From a virus (lineage: Duplodnaviria > Caudoviricetes), in IMG/VR virus record IMGVR_UViG_3300019996_000005, positions 1 through 34,087 of that record: a stretch of DNA of 34,087 nt, one strand, 5' to 3'. How positions within the stretch are numbered: position 1 is the first letter of the stretch; every line of letters begins with the position of its first letter. The notes below the pieces were generated by a model, which worked only from the letters and a program-made list of their open reading frames with translations, ran no database searches and had not been told where the DNA came from. Below are positions 9,823-17,773 of the stretch, piece after piece. A program made the translations under genes and the position numbers.

Positions 9823-10650
9823 ATGAGCAACCGTTACCAGATGATCCGCACCGATTCAGCGATGACGAACGATCAATTGCGCGCCGCGGCGCCGTCGATC
9901 TTTGCCGCGCAACCGTGGCACGCCATGAGCGATCGTTACACCTTTATTCCCACGTCCGCCGTTGTCGATCGGATGCGCGCCGAAGGCTTTCAGCCAGTCG
10001 CCGCGACGCAATCGCGTACGCGCATCGAAGGGAAAGGCGACTTTACGAAACACGTGATCCGATTCCGCGATATGCGGGCGGGCTCGGCGCCGGCTACTCG
10101 CGCGCTCGGCGTCATCTATCCCGAGCTCGTATTGACGAACTCGCACGATGGCGGTTCGGCGTACAAGCTCGACGCCGGCTTGTTTCGCCTGGTTTGCACG
10201 AACGGCATGGTTGTTTCGGATGGCGAGTTCTCGCAAATCAACGTCCGTCATTCCGGTTCGGCCGACGGCATCATTGAGGCATCATACGAAGTCGTCGAGC
10301 AATTCCCGAAGGTGATTGATTCCGCGGCGAGCTTTCAGGCGTTGCGGCTCACGGCGCCCGAGCAGCGCGCGTACGCGTCGGCCGCGCTCGCGCTTCGCTA
10401 CGACGAAGGGACGGCGCCCGTATCGGCCGATCAGGTCATGCGCGCTCGCCGTACCGAAGATTCGGACTCGACGCTATGGAACACCTTTAACCGTGCGCAA
10501 GAGAATTTAGTTGGTGGCGGATTACACGGCCGCAACGCCGAGACGCGGCGCCGCGTGACGACGCGGCCGGTAAACGGTATCAGCGAAAATACGCGCTTAA
10601 ACAAAGCACTTTGGACGCTTACGCAGGAAATGGCGAAGCTGAAAGGCTAG
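9823..10650 (+). CDS. DUF932 (DUF945/YubP-like) family protein
   Basis: APSIFA..SDRYTFIPT, KHVIRFR, NSHDGGSAY..AGLFRLVCTNGMV, TLWNTFNRAQEN motifs; AAGGA RBS supports start at 9823. Confidence 0.9.
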   Translation: MSNRYQMIRTDSAMTNDQLRAAAPSIFAAQPWHAMSDRYTFIPTSAVVDRMRAEGFQPVAATQSRTRIEGKGDFTKHVIRFRDMRAGSAPATRALGVIYPELVLTNSHDGGSAYKLDAGLFRLVCTNGMVVSDGEFSQINVRHSGSADGIIEASYEVVEQFPKVIDSAASFQALRLTAPEQRAYASAALALRYDEGTAPVSADQVMRARRTEDSDSTLWNTFNRAQENLVGGGLHGRNAETRRRVTTRPVNGISENTRLNKALWTLTQEMAKLKG

Positions 10651-10658
10651 AGGCGCCG

Positions 10659-10684
10659 CGGGCGCCGGTTCCGGCCGGCGCCCG
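10659..10684. terminator. GC-rich hairpin after DUF932
   Basis: CGGGCGCCGG-N6-CCGGCGCCCG; no U-tract. Confidence 0.4.
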
Positions 10685-10698
10685 TATACTCAACCACT

Positions 10699-11025
10699 AT
10701 GAGAGTCTTCAAAGCAACCAACGCCGCGGGCACGTGCCTATGGTGCGGCGTGCGGCTTCGGCCGCAATCAACCGAACGCGGTTTGAAGCGCGATCTGGCG
10801 GCATACGCGCGGCTTTATGGCGAGCCGGCCGCAGGCGGTGGACGTAACACCGTCGAGCGGTTGCAGCGTCACGATAGGGACTGTAACATGTTCGGCAAGC
10901 ATGACGGGCTATTCTGTACCGACGCTTGCGCGATCGCGTTCGGCATCGCCGCGGCCGGTACCGGTTTGCGCTTCGGCCGGCCGGCGCCGGCGCCCGTCGC
11001 GAGCGGTCCGCGGCTCGTGAAATAA
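10699..11025 (+). CDS. Hypothetical Zn-finger-like protein
   Basis: CLWC...FCTDAC. Confidence 0.65.
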   Translation: MRVFKATNAAGTCLWCGVRLRPQSTERGLKRDLAAYARLYGEPAAGGGRNTVERLQRHDRDCNMFGKHDGLFCTDACAIAFGIAAAGTGLRFGRPAPAPVASGPRLVK

Positions 11026-11049
11026 TCCTCAATCTTTTTATCCTTCGCG

Positions 11050-11128
11050 CTTGACAATTCCGCTCACGTCAAGCATACTAAAAGAGTAGACGACAGCCGC
11101 GAGGCTTAAAAGCGCGAAGGAAAAAAGC
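11050..11128 (+). promoter_or_regulatory. Cassette promoter/operator/leader copy B
   Basis: TTGACA-N17-CATACT, same dyad and leader. Confidence 0.9.
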
Positions 11129-11473
11129 ATGAATCTCTTTACTGAAAACCTGAACAGCCGCAAAGCGGCCGGCACGATCACCGAAGCGAATTACGACGAC
11201 GCGCTTTGCTATGCCGCGGTCAACACTTGCGACAATTGCGGCGAAGTCGTAAGCGACTTAAACCGCGTGCCTGGTACCGCGAGCCTGGTTTACGCGTGCG
11301 ACGAATGCATGGCGCATCTTGAGGCGATGATGGACGCCGCGGAAGACGGCGACGCCGCGGCGATCGCCGCGGTTGCCGTGCGCCGCAAGCCGGTTGTTTC
11401 GGAGATTCGGTGGACGTTCGCGCCGGCCGTTAAGATGCTCGCCGCGGGCGCCGGCGACGATTGCCCGTTCTAA
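11129..11473 (+). CDS. Hypothetical acidic protein with CxxC...CxxC
   Basis: Directly after cassette RBS; CDNC and CDEC. Confidence 0.8.
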   Translation: MNLFTENLNSRKAAGTITEANYDDALCYAAVNTCDNCGEVVSDLNRVPGTASLVYACDECMAHLEAMMDAAEDGDAAAIAAVAVRRKPVVSEIRWTFAPAVKMLAAGAGDDCPF

Positions 11474-11482
11474 AGGCGATTC

Positions 11483-11523
11483 GAGCGGGCGAAACGGCGG
11501 ACTCTCCGCACCTTCGCCCGCTC
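11483..11523 (+). repeat. 41-bp inverted repeat element, copy 3
   Basis: GAGCGGGCGAA-acggcggactctccgcacc-TTCGCCCGCTC. Confidence 0.95.
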
Positions 11524-11536
11524 ATTTAAAAATTCT

Positions 11537-11617
11537 CTTGACATTTCCGCTCACGTCAAGCATACTAAAAGAGTAGACGACAGCCGCGAGGCTTAAAAGC
11601 GCGAAGGAAAAAAGACA
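11537..11617 (+). promoter_or_regulatory. Cassette promoter/operator/leader copy C
   Basis: TTGACA-N17-CATACT, same dyad and leader. Confidence 0.9.
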
Positions 11618-11869
11618 ATGGAACTGAGCAATTACCTCAAACGCAACGGTTGGACGCGGTACGGCGCCGGCTTTCAGAATCACGCCGGCGATCGCTATGT
11701 AGACTTGAGCGGCGATTACGGCTTTGCGTGGGAGCTCAACGCATTTGAAGACGGCGACGACGCCGACGGCGTGGCGCGCGTCATGTGGGTGAGCACTCAC
11801 ATTGCCGGCGACACGCTCGCCGAGCTCGCCGCGGCGCTTGCGCCGGCCGCGCGCAAGGTGGCAGCATGA
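11618..11869 (+). CDS. Hypothetical small protein
   Basis: Directly after cassette RBS. Confidence 0.8.
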   Translation: MELSNYLKRNGWTRYGAGFQNHAGDRYVDLSGDYGFAWELNAFEDGDDADGVARVMWVSTHIAGDTLAELAAALAPAARKVAA

Positions 11870-12039
11870 CCGCGGCCGACTTCATGGCCGGCGTATCAAC
11901 CGGAGGGCGCCTGGTGGCGCCCGCGGCGCCCGAGCCGGCCGGCCGGCCGCGCGTCGCCGTCGTCGATCGCTGGAACGGCTCGCGGTTCGTCGAGGTTACG
12001 TTGTGCTGGAACGGCGCCGCATACGTGGAGGTTGCCTAA
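11866..12039 (+). CDS. Hypothetical small protein
   Basis: ATGA coupling, AAGGTGG RBS. Confidence 0.65.
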   Translation: MTAADFMAGVSTGGRLVAPAAPEPAGRPRVAVVDRWNGSRFVEVTLCWNGAAYVEVA

Positions 12040-12040
12040 C

Positions 12041-12331
12041 ATGCCGTACGATCTGGAACGGCGCGACGGGCTTTGTGCCAAGTGCGCGCAGTGGAAACGG
12101 CCGACGCGCGCCTATATGGCGTTGCTCAAGTCGCGAGATTTGCCGTACGTCTGTCAGAAATGCCGCGAGGCTTCGCCGGCGCCGGCATTCAAGCTCGGTA
12201 CGCTCGGGTACTTTGTCCTAAACGGGCGCCGCGATCGAGCGGGCGAAACGGCGGAAACGCCGCACAATCGCCCGCTCACTTATAAAATTCTCTTGACATT
12301 TACGCTCACGTCAAGCATACTAAAAGAGTAG
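12041..12331 (+). CDS. Hypothetical Zn-finger-like protein (reads through repeat copy 4 and promoter D)
   Basis: GGAGG RBS; CAKC...CQKC. Confidence 0.6.
   Translation: MPYDLERRDGLCAKCAQWKRPTRAYMALLKSRDLPYVCQKCREASPAPAFKLGTLGYFVLNGRRDRAGETAETPHNRPLTYKILLTFTLTSSILKE
12237..12277 (+). repeat. 41-bp inverted repeat element, copy 4
   Basis: GAGCGGGCGAA-acggcggaaacgccgcaca-ATCGCCCGCTC. Confidence 0.9.
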
Positions 12332-12369
12332 ACGACAGCCGCGAGGCTTAAAAGCGCGAAGGAAAAAAC
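12292..12369 (+). promoter_or_regulatory. Cassette promoter/operator/leader copy D
   Basis: TTGACA-N17-CATACT, same dyad and leader. Confidence 0.9.
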
Positions 12370-12975
12370 ATGCCTTTGAAATTTGAAACGAACGTACCGA
12401 ACGAATTACGCTTGCGCTCGATCGCCGGCGAACTGGTGGACTCTCAGTTTGGCGGTCAACAGTACCGCTTTATCAGCGAAGCCGGCGCCTTTTACGTGTC
12501 CGAGCCGGTCGGCAATCTCTTGCACGATCGGTTTGAACGGCTCGGCGTGAAAGCCGGCGAAGCGATCGAGATTTGCAAGCGCGAGATTTCGCGCAACGGC
12601 CGCAAGTCGATTCAGTGGGAAGTGGCGCGCGTGGGCTTCGCGATCGGCGAGCAAGGCGACGGTACATTCGTCGTCGGCACGCCGGAACCGCCGAGCGATC
12701 TTGAGCGGCAACTAGCCGCATCGCTCGCCGAAGTCGCGCGCCGCAAGGCGCCGGCCGCGGCGCCGGTTGCCGTCCGCCAGGTGGCGGAAATGGCGCAACC
12801 GTGGCAAGCTCACTTGCTCGCGCAAACCAACGCGCTAACCGACGTTTTCGCCGCGGCCGTCGCTCATGCGAGCTCGCAGCACGGCAACGCGGTGAAAGCC
12901 GATGACGTGCGATCGCTCATGCTTTCGGCGTTTATCAATCTCGCGAAAGGCGGCGCCCGTTCCAATGCAGCGTAA
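12370..12975 (+). CDS. Hypothetical protein, possible OB-fold/SSB-like N-terminal domain
   Basis: After cassette RBS; N-terminal ~85 aa paralogous to 13337-13645. Confidence 0.75.
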   Translation: MPLKFETNVPNELRLRSIAGELVDSQFGGQQYRFISEAGAFYVSEPVGNLLHDRFERLGVKAGEAIEICKREISRNGRKSIQWEVARVGFAIGEQGDGTFVVGTPEPPSDLERQLAASLAEVARRKAPAAAPVAVRQVAEMAQPWQAHLLAQTNALTDVFAAAVAHASSQHGNAVKADDVRSLMLSAFINLAKGGARSNAA

Positions 12976-13168
12976 CGGACTGCAGGTACTTGTGAGCGGC
13001 GATCGGGCGGAAGTCTCGCCCGCTCGCCCGCTCGGTCGGCCGGCGAACGATGCGACGCTCGCTTTTATCTTGCGCGAAGCCGTCAAACTCGCCCGCGGCC
13101 GGAAAGATCCGACGTTGCTATGGTTGCTGCACAAATGCGTGGAAAGGTTGAAAGGGGAAACGGAATGA
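12965..13168 (+). CDS. Hypothetical protein
   Basis: Overlap-coupled to both neighbours. Confidence 0.55.
   Translation: MQRNGLQVLVSGDRAEVSPARPLGRPANDATLAFILREAVKLARGRKDPTLLWLLHKCVERLKGETE
12993..13033 (+). repeat. 41-bp inverted repeat element, copy 5 (degenerate, intragenic)
   Basis: TGAGCGGCGAT-cgggcggaagtctcgcccg-CTCGCCCGCTC. Confidence 0.7.
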
Positions 13169-13347
13169 GCCGCAACGGAGTAAGCCAACAGATAACGAAC
13201 GCTTTCCGTTTGGCGCATCGGGCAAGTGAAGACGCTCAATTCTCGCCGGCCGCGCGCAACGTGTTTCGGGCGATCGCTCGCGAGCTCTGGAAAGCTCACG
13301 GTACAAACGCGGCCGATGGAGCAAAGGCGGCGCCCGATGAAAATTAA
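13165..13347 (+). CDS. Hypothetical protein
   Basis: ATGA coupling, AAGGGG RBS. Confidence 0.6.
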   Translation: MSRNGVSQQITNAFRLAHRASEDAQFSPAARNVFRAIARELWKAHGTNAADGAKAAPDEN

Positions 13348-13645
13348 ATTTGAGCTCGACACGCCGATAGTCGTTCACATGATGGACTTGGACGGCCGCG
13401 AGCGGGACTCGGAGTTTCCGCCGTTCGATACGTACTGGACATTTGAGGCGGAAGAAGGGCGGTTTTATCTTTCCGACACGCAAGGCGGACTATTCCGCGC
13501 ACGGCTCAAAGCGCGCGGTATCGGCGTCGGCGAGCCGGTCACGATCATTAAAACCAAGGTGCCGAATCCTAACAGCGATCGGCCGATCGTCGAATACTTG
13601 CCGTACCCTTGGGTGCCGATCGAGTCCGGCCAGGTGGCGACGTAA
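13337..13645 (+). CDS. Hypothetical protein, paralog of the 12370-12975 N-terminal domain
   Basis: KFE..P, DS(E/Q)F, G.FY(L/V)S, G..GE...I.K motifs align. Confidence 0.75.
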   Translation: MKIKFELDTPIVVHMMDLDGRERDSEFPPFDTYWTFEAEEGRFYLSDTQGGLFRARLKARGIGVGEPVTIIKTKVPNPNSDRPIVEYLPYPWVPIESGQVAT

Positions 13646-13703
13646 AAAAGAATAGATCGGGCGCCCGCGGGCGCCCATCGCAATTTAGAAGGGCAGGGAA
13701 TCA

Positions 13704-14081
13704 ATGAAATTAGGCCATAAGCTCGGGCTCGGTTGTATGGGGCTCATTATCGGCACGTTCGTTCTGATAATGGTTGTTGTGATTCGGAACAAGCCGACGC
13801 CGGAACAACAGTCGGCGAGCAACGCGCAACGCGACGGCTATACTGCGGCGTTCACGTGCCAGGGCGCCGTACGCGATCGCCTGAAAGCGCCGGCAACGGC
13901 TGAATTTCAGGCGCCGCGGAATGCGGAAATCAAGAGGTATGACAGCGGGAATTACGAGATCGTCTCGTACGTTGACGCGCAGAACAGTTTCGGCGCCAAA
14001 CTTCGCTCGCCGTATACCTGCGTAGTTGCGCCGTCCGGCGCCGGATTTCAGGTGCTCGAACTGAAAATAGACGGCCGCTAG
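13704..14081 (+). CDS. Membrane-anchored moron protein (possible superinfection exclusion)
   Basis: N-terminal TM helix; C..V...LKAPATAEF...VDAQNSFGA...YTC motif common in prophage membrane proteins. Confidence 0.7.
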   Translation: MKLGHKLGLGCMGLIIGTFVLIMVVVIRNKPTPEQQSASNAQRDGYTAAFTCQGAVRDRLKAPATAEFQAPRNAEIKRYDSGNYEIVSYVDAQNSFGAKLRSPYTCVVAPSGAGFQVLELKIDGR

Positions 14082-14593
14082 TCGTCGTCGTCGTCGGCCG
14101 GCAGTGCGCGTGCTTCGATGATCCGGCCGAGCCGCTTCGCGAAGATTTCGCGCACGTCGCCGATATTCGCCGCGTCGTCGTCGTCGGCCGCGAGCACCTT
14201 AACGGAGTGCGCGTCGAGTACATCGCGCATCATCGCTACCAGTGAGGCGCCGTCGTCGGCCGTGAGCTCGCCGCGGCTTACGCGTTGGATAACTTCAAGC
14301 ATCGCGGCGCGCACGTCGGCCGGCGTCTCGGTCTTGGGCAATTCGCATTGAATAGGCGCCGTCCGCGGCTTCGGCCAAATCCGATCGAAGATAATTTTTG
14401 CCGCGGTCATATCTCCGTTTTCCGCGGCCGTGATGACCTTCGACAGTAGCGGCAACGCTCGCGATCGCGCCGCGGCTTCAAGCGCGCGGTGTTTCCGGTT
14501 GCGGGCGCCGGCCGGCCGGCCGTTGCCGTTGTTGGGCGCCGGCGCCTGGTTGGGCGCCGGCTCGAAATCGTCGATCAGACTAGCTTGCTCCAC
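14078..14593 (-). CDS. DUF5681-like protein, candidate terminase small subunit
   Basis: NGRPAGARNR...AENGDMTAAKIIFDRIWPK motif; GGGAG RBS. Confidence 0.6.
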   Translation of the reverse strand: MEQASLIDDFEPAPNQAPAPNNGNGRPAGARNRKHRALEAAARSRALPLLSKVITAAENGDMTAAKIIFDRIWPKPRTAPIQCELPKTETPADVRAAMLEVIQRVSRGELTADDGASLVAMMRDVLDAHSVKVLAADDDDAANIGDVREIFAKRLGRIIEARALPADDDDD

Positions 14594-14731
14594 GGTTGAA
14601 TGCTCCCGTGCTATATATCATGCGCCGAAAGTCGTTGCGATTGCGAGCGTAAACGTACTTCCACAGAATATCGAACCGTGGCACAATATATGCCGGTTCG
14701 CCTTTTATTCCTCCCCCTAATTGGTGAAGCC

Positions 14732-14974
14732 ATGCAAGCGGTACTCGTTGAACTCGAAAAAGAATTTGGCCGGCTTCGGCAAGGCTACGACGTTTGGGAT
14801 GCGCGCGGGCGCCTGGTGCTGCGTACGCTCGTGATGAAGCGCGTACTACGCAAGGCGGCGTACTTCCGCGTCAATGCCACCGGCAAGATATACGCGCTTG
14901 AGTCGCGCTTTAAGTCGATCGAGGTACCGGCCGGCTCGATCGCGTGGATTGCCGGCACACGCAAAAGCGCATGA
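14732..14974 (+). CDS. Hypothetical basic protein
   Basis: GGTG RBS, divergent from 14593. Confidence 0.6.
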   Translation: MQAVLVELEKEFGRLRQGYDVWDARGRLVLRTLVMKRVLRKAAYFRVNATGKIYALESRFKSIEVPAGSIAWIAGTRKSA

Positions 14975-15000
14975 GTGCATGATGTATGCCGATTGCCGTT

Positions 15001-15043
15001 TGAGCGGGCGAACGGGCGGACGCGTCGCACTTTCGCCCGCTCA
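15001..15043 (+). repeat. 41-bp inverted repeat element, copy 6
   Basis: GAGCGGGCGAA-cgggcggacgcgtcgcact-TTCGCCCGCTC; abuts extended -10 TGgTATTCT (15047-15055). Confidence 0.92.
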
Positions 15044-15061
15044 TTCTGGTATTCTCGGGCA

Positions 15062-15544
15062 ATGGCAAAAAAACTCGAATTACTCACAAAGCAGATTGCG
15101 GCCGATCGTCTGGAATTGAGCGTACGCCGGATTATCGAACTGTCGGCGCCGGAAGTCGGCTTGTTCACGCGGCATCGCGCGTTTGATCCTGAGACGAAGC
15201 GTGAAGCGATCATGTTTGACGCGGCCGAAATCGAGGCGTACCGGCGCGACGCGGCGACGAAGCCGGCGCCAGGTGCGCTCGCCGTCCGGCCGTCGCGGTT
15301 GCCGCTCGACGATTACGATATCGACGACGCCGCGGATACCGGCGCCGGCCGGCTGTGGCTCACGCTCGCCGAAGCCGCGGCGTACTCGGGGTTGCCGGCG
15401 TCGCATTTGCTCGCCGAGATCAACTCGGGCGAGCTCGCCGCGCGTGATGTTGGCGTCCGGCCTGGTGGACATTGGCGAGTGCGCCGGCTCGATCTGGACG
15501 CGATCGAGGGCAAGCGCGCCGGCGCCCGCTCGTTGAGAATTTGA
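15062..15544 (+). CDS. Excisionase-like (HTH_17) DNA-binding protein
   Basis: WLTLAEAAAYSGL...INSGELAA...GGHWRVRRLDL; likely leaderless start 6 nt after extended -10. Confidence 0.75.
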   Translation: MAKKLELLTKQIAADRLELSVRRIIELSAPEVGLFTRHRAFDPETKREAIMFDAAEIEAYRRDAATKPAPGALAVRPSRLPLDDYDIDDAADTGAGRLWLTLAEAAAYSGLPASHLLAEINSGELAARDVGVRPGGHWRVRRLDLDAIEGKRAGARSLRI

Positions 15545-16002
15545 GCGATTTTGCCTTTTCTTCGCGATTTCTTCGCGTTGACTTCCACGTGAAATTGGCG
15601 TTAGCCTTGTCTCGGTTGCAATTTGCTATACCTTGGTCGGGGCAGGGAAGTGGTTTGCGGGGGGGAAATTCCCTGCATCAGTCCACCGGAGACGGACTCC
15701 CCGTCGTCTGCAGGTGCGTGCTTTCGAGCTCACATTGCAGGGGATATTACGTTGCCGACGCCGGCGACGGCCGGTTGAATCCCGATCGGCGGGCGCCGTC
15801 TCGCGTGTAACCGCAATTCCGCCGTAAGCGGCGCCCAACATGGGGGTTAACCGAATGTTGGGCTATTGTGATATCGTAAACACGACTAAAAAAGTTTTCG
15901 GACCGGGGGCGCCGTTTCCGTCATCAGAAACGGAAATGGCGCGATGTTATCAGCATCGCGCCGTCCAAAAAGGCCGAGAACGGAAACCGTGCGAGGTGAA
16001 CC

Positions 16003-17508
16003 GTGCTACGACCGGAAACTGAAACTAGCATACCATTACCCGCGAAAAAGCGAGCGGCGAAAAGCGAATTTTCGTCTAATATTTCAACGACTTCCGATAA
16101 CGAATATTCTGTTAGCGGACCTGATAGTCCTATTCCTGAATTGCCTTTCGAGGGCGGATTCACGGCAATTGACAAGGCGGCAAGTAACGCGCTTGCGCGC
16201 CGAACAAACGGCGTTGAATACAAGATTGTGGTTTATATTTTCGGTCGCACCACGTCGGCCGCGCGCCGGCCGGAATATGCGGATATTTCGATGGGTGAGT
16301 ATCGAGCCTTGACCGGCGCAACGGAACGGACGATATATCTTGCGCTTGCGAGCCTGCAGGCAAAAAACTTCGTAGCGCGTGATGCGCGCGGCCGTATCAA
16401 GGTGCGTCCTGAAAATTTCGGCTCGTTGCCGTTGCCAGGTGCGCGTACTTGCCGGCCACGGCCGATCACGGCCGAAGTGCGGGCGCCGTCGTCGATCGCG
16501 GCTCTTGCGGTACTGGATGGCGCGGACGAACCGGAGCAAGACGAACTGAAGTTAACTGCAGTAAGAAAGGGAGTCAGTGAGGATCAAACGACGGAACGAC
16601 AATTTTCTGAATGCGGCGCTCGCGAGGAGTGCGAAGGGACTCTCGGACCTACCGGAAATCTACCGTATGCGGAGCCAGATTCAACCGTGGGTGACCTGGG
16701 AAGCGGGCAAGATGCGGATTCAGCGGAATGCTGCAACGGCGGAAGTGATAGCGGCGGCGAAGATGGAAGCGGGCGAGCGGACGGCGACACAGCAACTATG
16801 GATAGTGGCTATGTCGTCTTTGATTCCCGAGCCGGTTACGGGCTTTACTTGGTACGTCACAAGTTAGCCGCGCGCCTGAAGTTAACTGCAGTCCGGCCAG
16901 GTTGCCGGCCGCGGGAAGCGGCGCCCGCACTGAAGTTAACTTCAGTGAAACCTGAAGCTAACTGCAAAAAACCTGAAACCTACTGCCCTTGGAATTGGGC
17001 ATGTCCTCATTTATCAACGGCTTCGCCGCTCGTAAGCATTGAAACAAGAAACATAAAAGAACCGACGACGACGGGCGCCCGCTCGCCGTTGCCGGCCGAA
17101 ACCGAAAACGCGTATTTAGCACGTTTTCTGGACCCTGCTACACGCATCGGCGAAGCTCTGCAAATCGACGATGACGCGGCCGGCCGCATGTGGCGCGCGT
17201 CGATCGCGCGCAATCCCGAGCTCACGCCGCGGGAGTTTGTATTGATCGTCCGCATGAAGCTGCAGGAGTGGCGCCGTGTGGACGATACGTCGCCTGGTAT
17301 ACGCGTGCGATCGCTTACGGGCTTGCTGATGCGTTCGATGCCGTCGGCCGTCGTCGGCGCCTTGCATTCGCTCGCGCGTGAGCAGGCGCCGGCCGATCTG
17401 GAACGGGACTGCGAAGCGGCGCGCGCATACCTTACGTACGCCGTCGCAACGCCGCGCGATCGGGCATGGGCTCGCGCCATACTCGCCGAAGCCGAATCCA
17501 AAACATAA
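16003..17508 (+). CDS. Replication initiator, lambda O-like wHTH N-terminus
   Basis: IVVYIFGRT...DISMGEYRALTGATERTIYLALASLQAKNFV; internal iteron array; GAGG RBS. Confidence 0.7.
   Translation: MLRPETETSIPLPAKKRAAKSEFSSNISTTSDNEYSVSGPDSPIPELPFEGGFTAIDKAASNALARRTNGVEYKIVVYIFGRTTSAARRPEYADISMGEYRALTGATERTIYLALASLQAKNFVARDARGRIKVRPENFGSLPLPGARTCRPRPITAEVRAPSSIAALAVLDGADEPEQDELKLTAVRKGVSEDQTTERQFSECGAREECEGTLGPTGNLPYAEPDSTVGDLGSGQDADSAECCNGGSDSGGEDGSGRADGDTATMDSGYVVFDSRAGYGLYLVRHKLAARLKLTAVRPGCRPREAAPALKLTSVKPEANCKKPETYCPWNWACPHLSTASPLVSIETRNIKEPTTTGARSPLPAETENAYLARFLDPATRIGEALQIDDDAAGRMWRASIARNPELTPREFVLIVRMKLQEWRRVDDTSPGIRVRSLTGLLMRSMPSAVVGALHSLAREQAPADLERDCEAARAYLTYAVATPRDRAWARAILAEAESKT
16090..16117 (+). 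other. dif-like XerC/XerD site 1
   Basis: ACTTCCGATAA-CGAATA-TTCTGTTAGCG; 9/11 and 7/11 to B. subtilis dif arms (ACTTCCTAGAA, TTATGTAAACT). Confidence 0.55.
16546..16988. repeat. Iteron-like 16-bp repeats, putative origin (16546, 16876, 16930, 16952, 16973)
   Basis: CTGAAGTTAACTGCAG x2, CTGAAGTTAACTTCAG, CTGAAGCTAACTGCAA, CTGAAACCTACTGCCC; last three spaced 22/21 bp. Confidence 0.75.
16577..16867 (+). CDS. Nested out-of-frame ORF (96 aa) within rep, between direct repeats
   Basis: AAAGGGAG RBS then GTG; fills the 330-bp interval between two 17-bp repeats. Confidence 0.4.
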   Translation: MRIKRRNDNFLNAALARSAKGLSDLPEIYRMRSQIQPWVTWEAGKMRIQRNAATAEVIAAAKMEAGERTATQQLWIVAMSSLIPEPVTGFTWYVTS

Positions 17509-17773
17509 TTGCGTTTGTTCGTTTTTGCTCACAATCTCAAGGCATCGGGTGATTCCTTATATCCGTCGTCTGCATAAATGGGATAGCCTTGTAGCCGAAC
17601 CGCAACCATGCAACATTTGCCCGCACGAGGGGCGATAGGATGTGCGGTTTTAGGCGCGTACCACGCGTTTCGGGTGCCTTTTCTCTCCGTTTTTGGAGCG
17701 AATTGCCCGAAGCTCTCGGCTCTCCTGATTCCGTAGGGAATTTTTGCCTTTTCCTCCCCCGAGGTGTTTCCTC

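Noticed and set aside
11086-11125. preQ1-like pseudoknot riboswitch in the cassette leader
   Set aside because: Loop lacks the preQ1 consensus and copy A (GAGCG) breaks the putative second stem
9742-12369. CRISPR array or mini-array
   Set aside because: Intervals are 0.4-1.3 kb and protein-coding; the repeats are promoters; no cas genes
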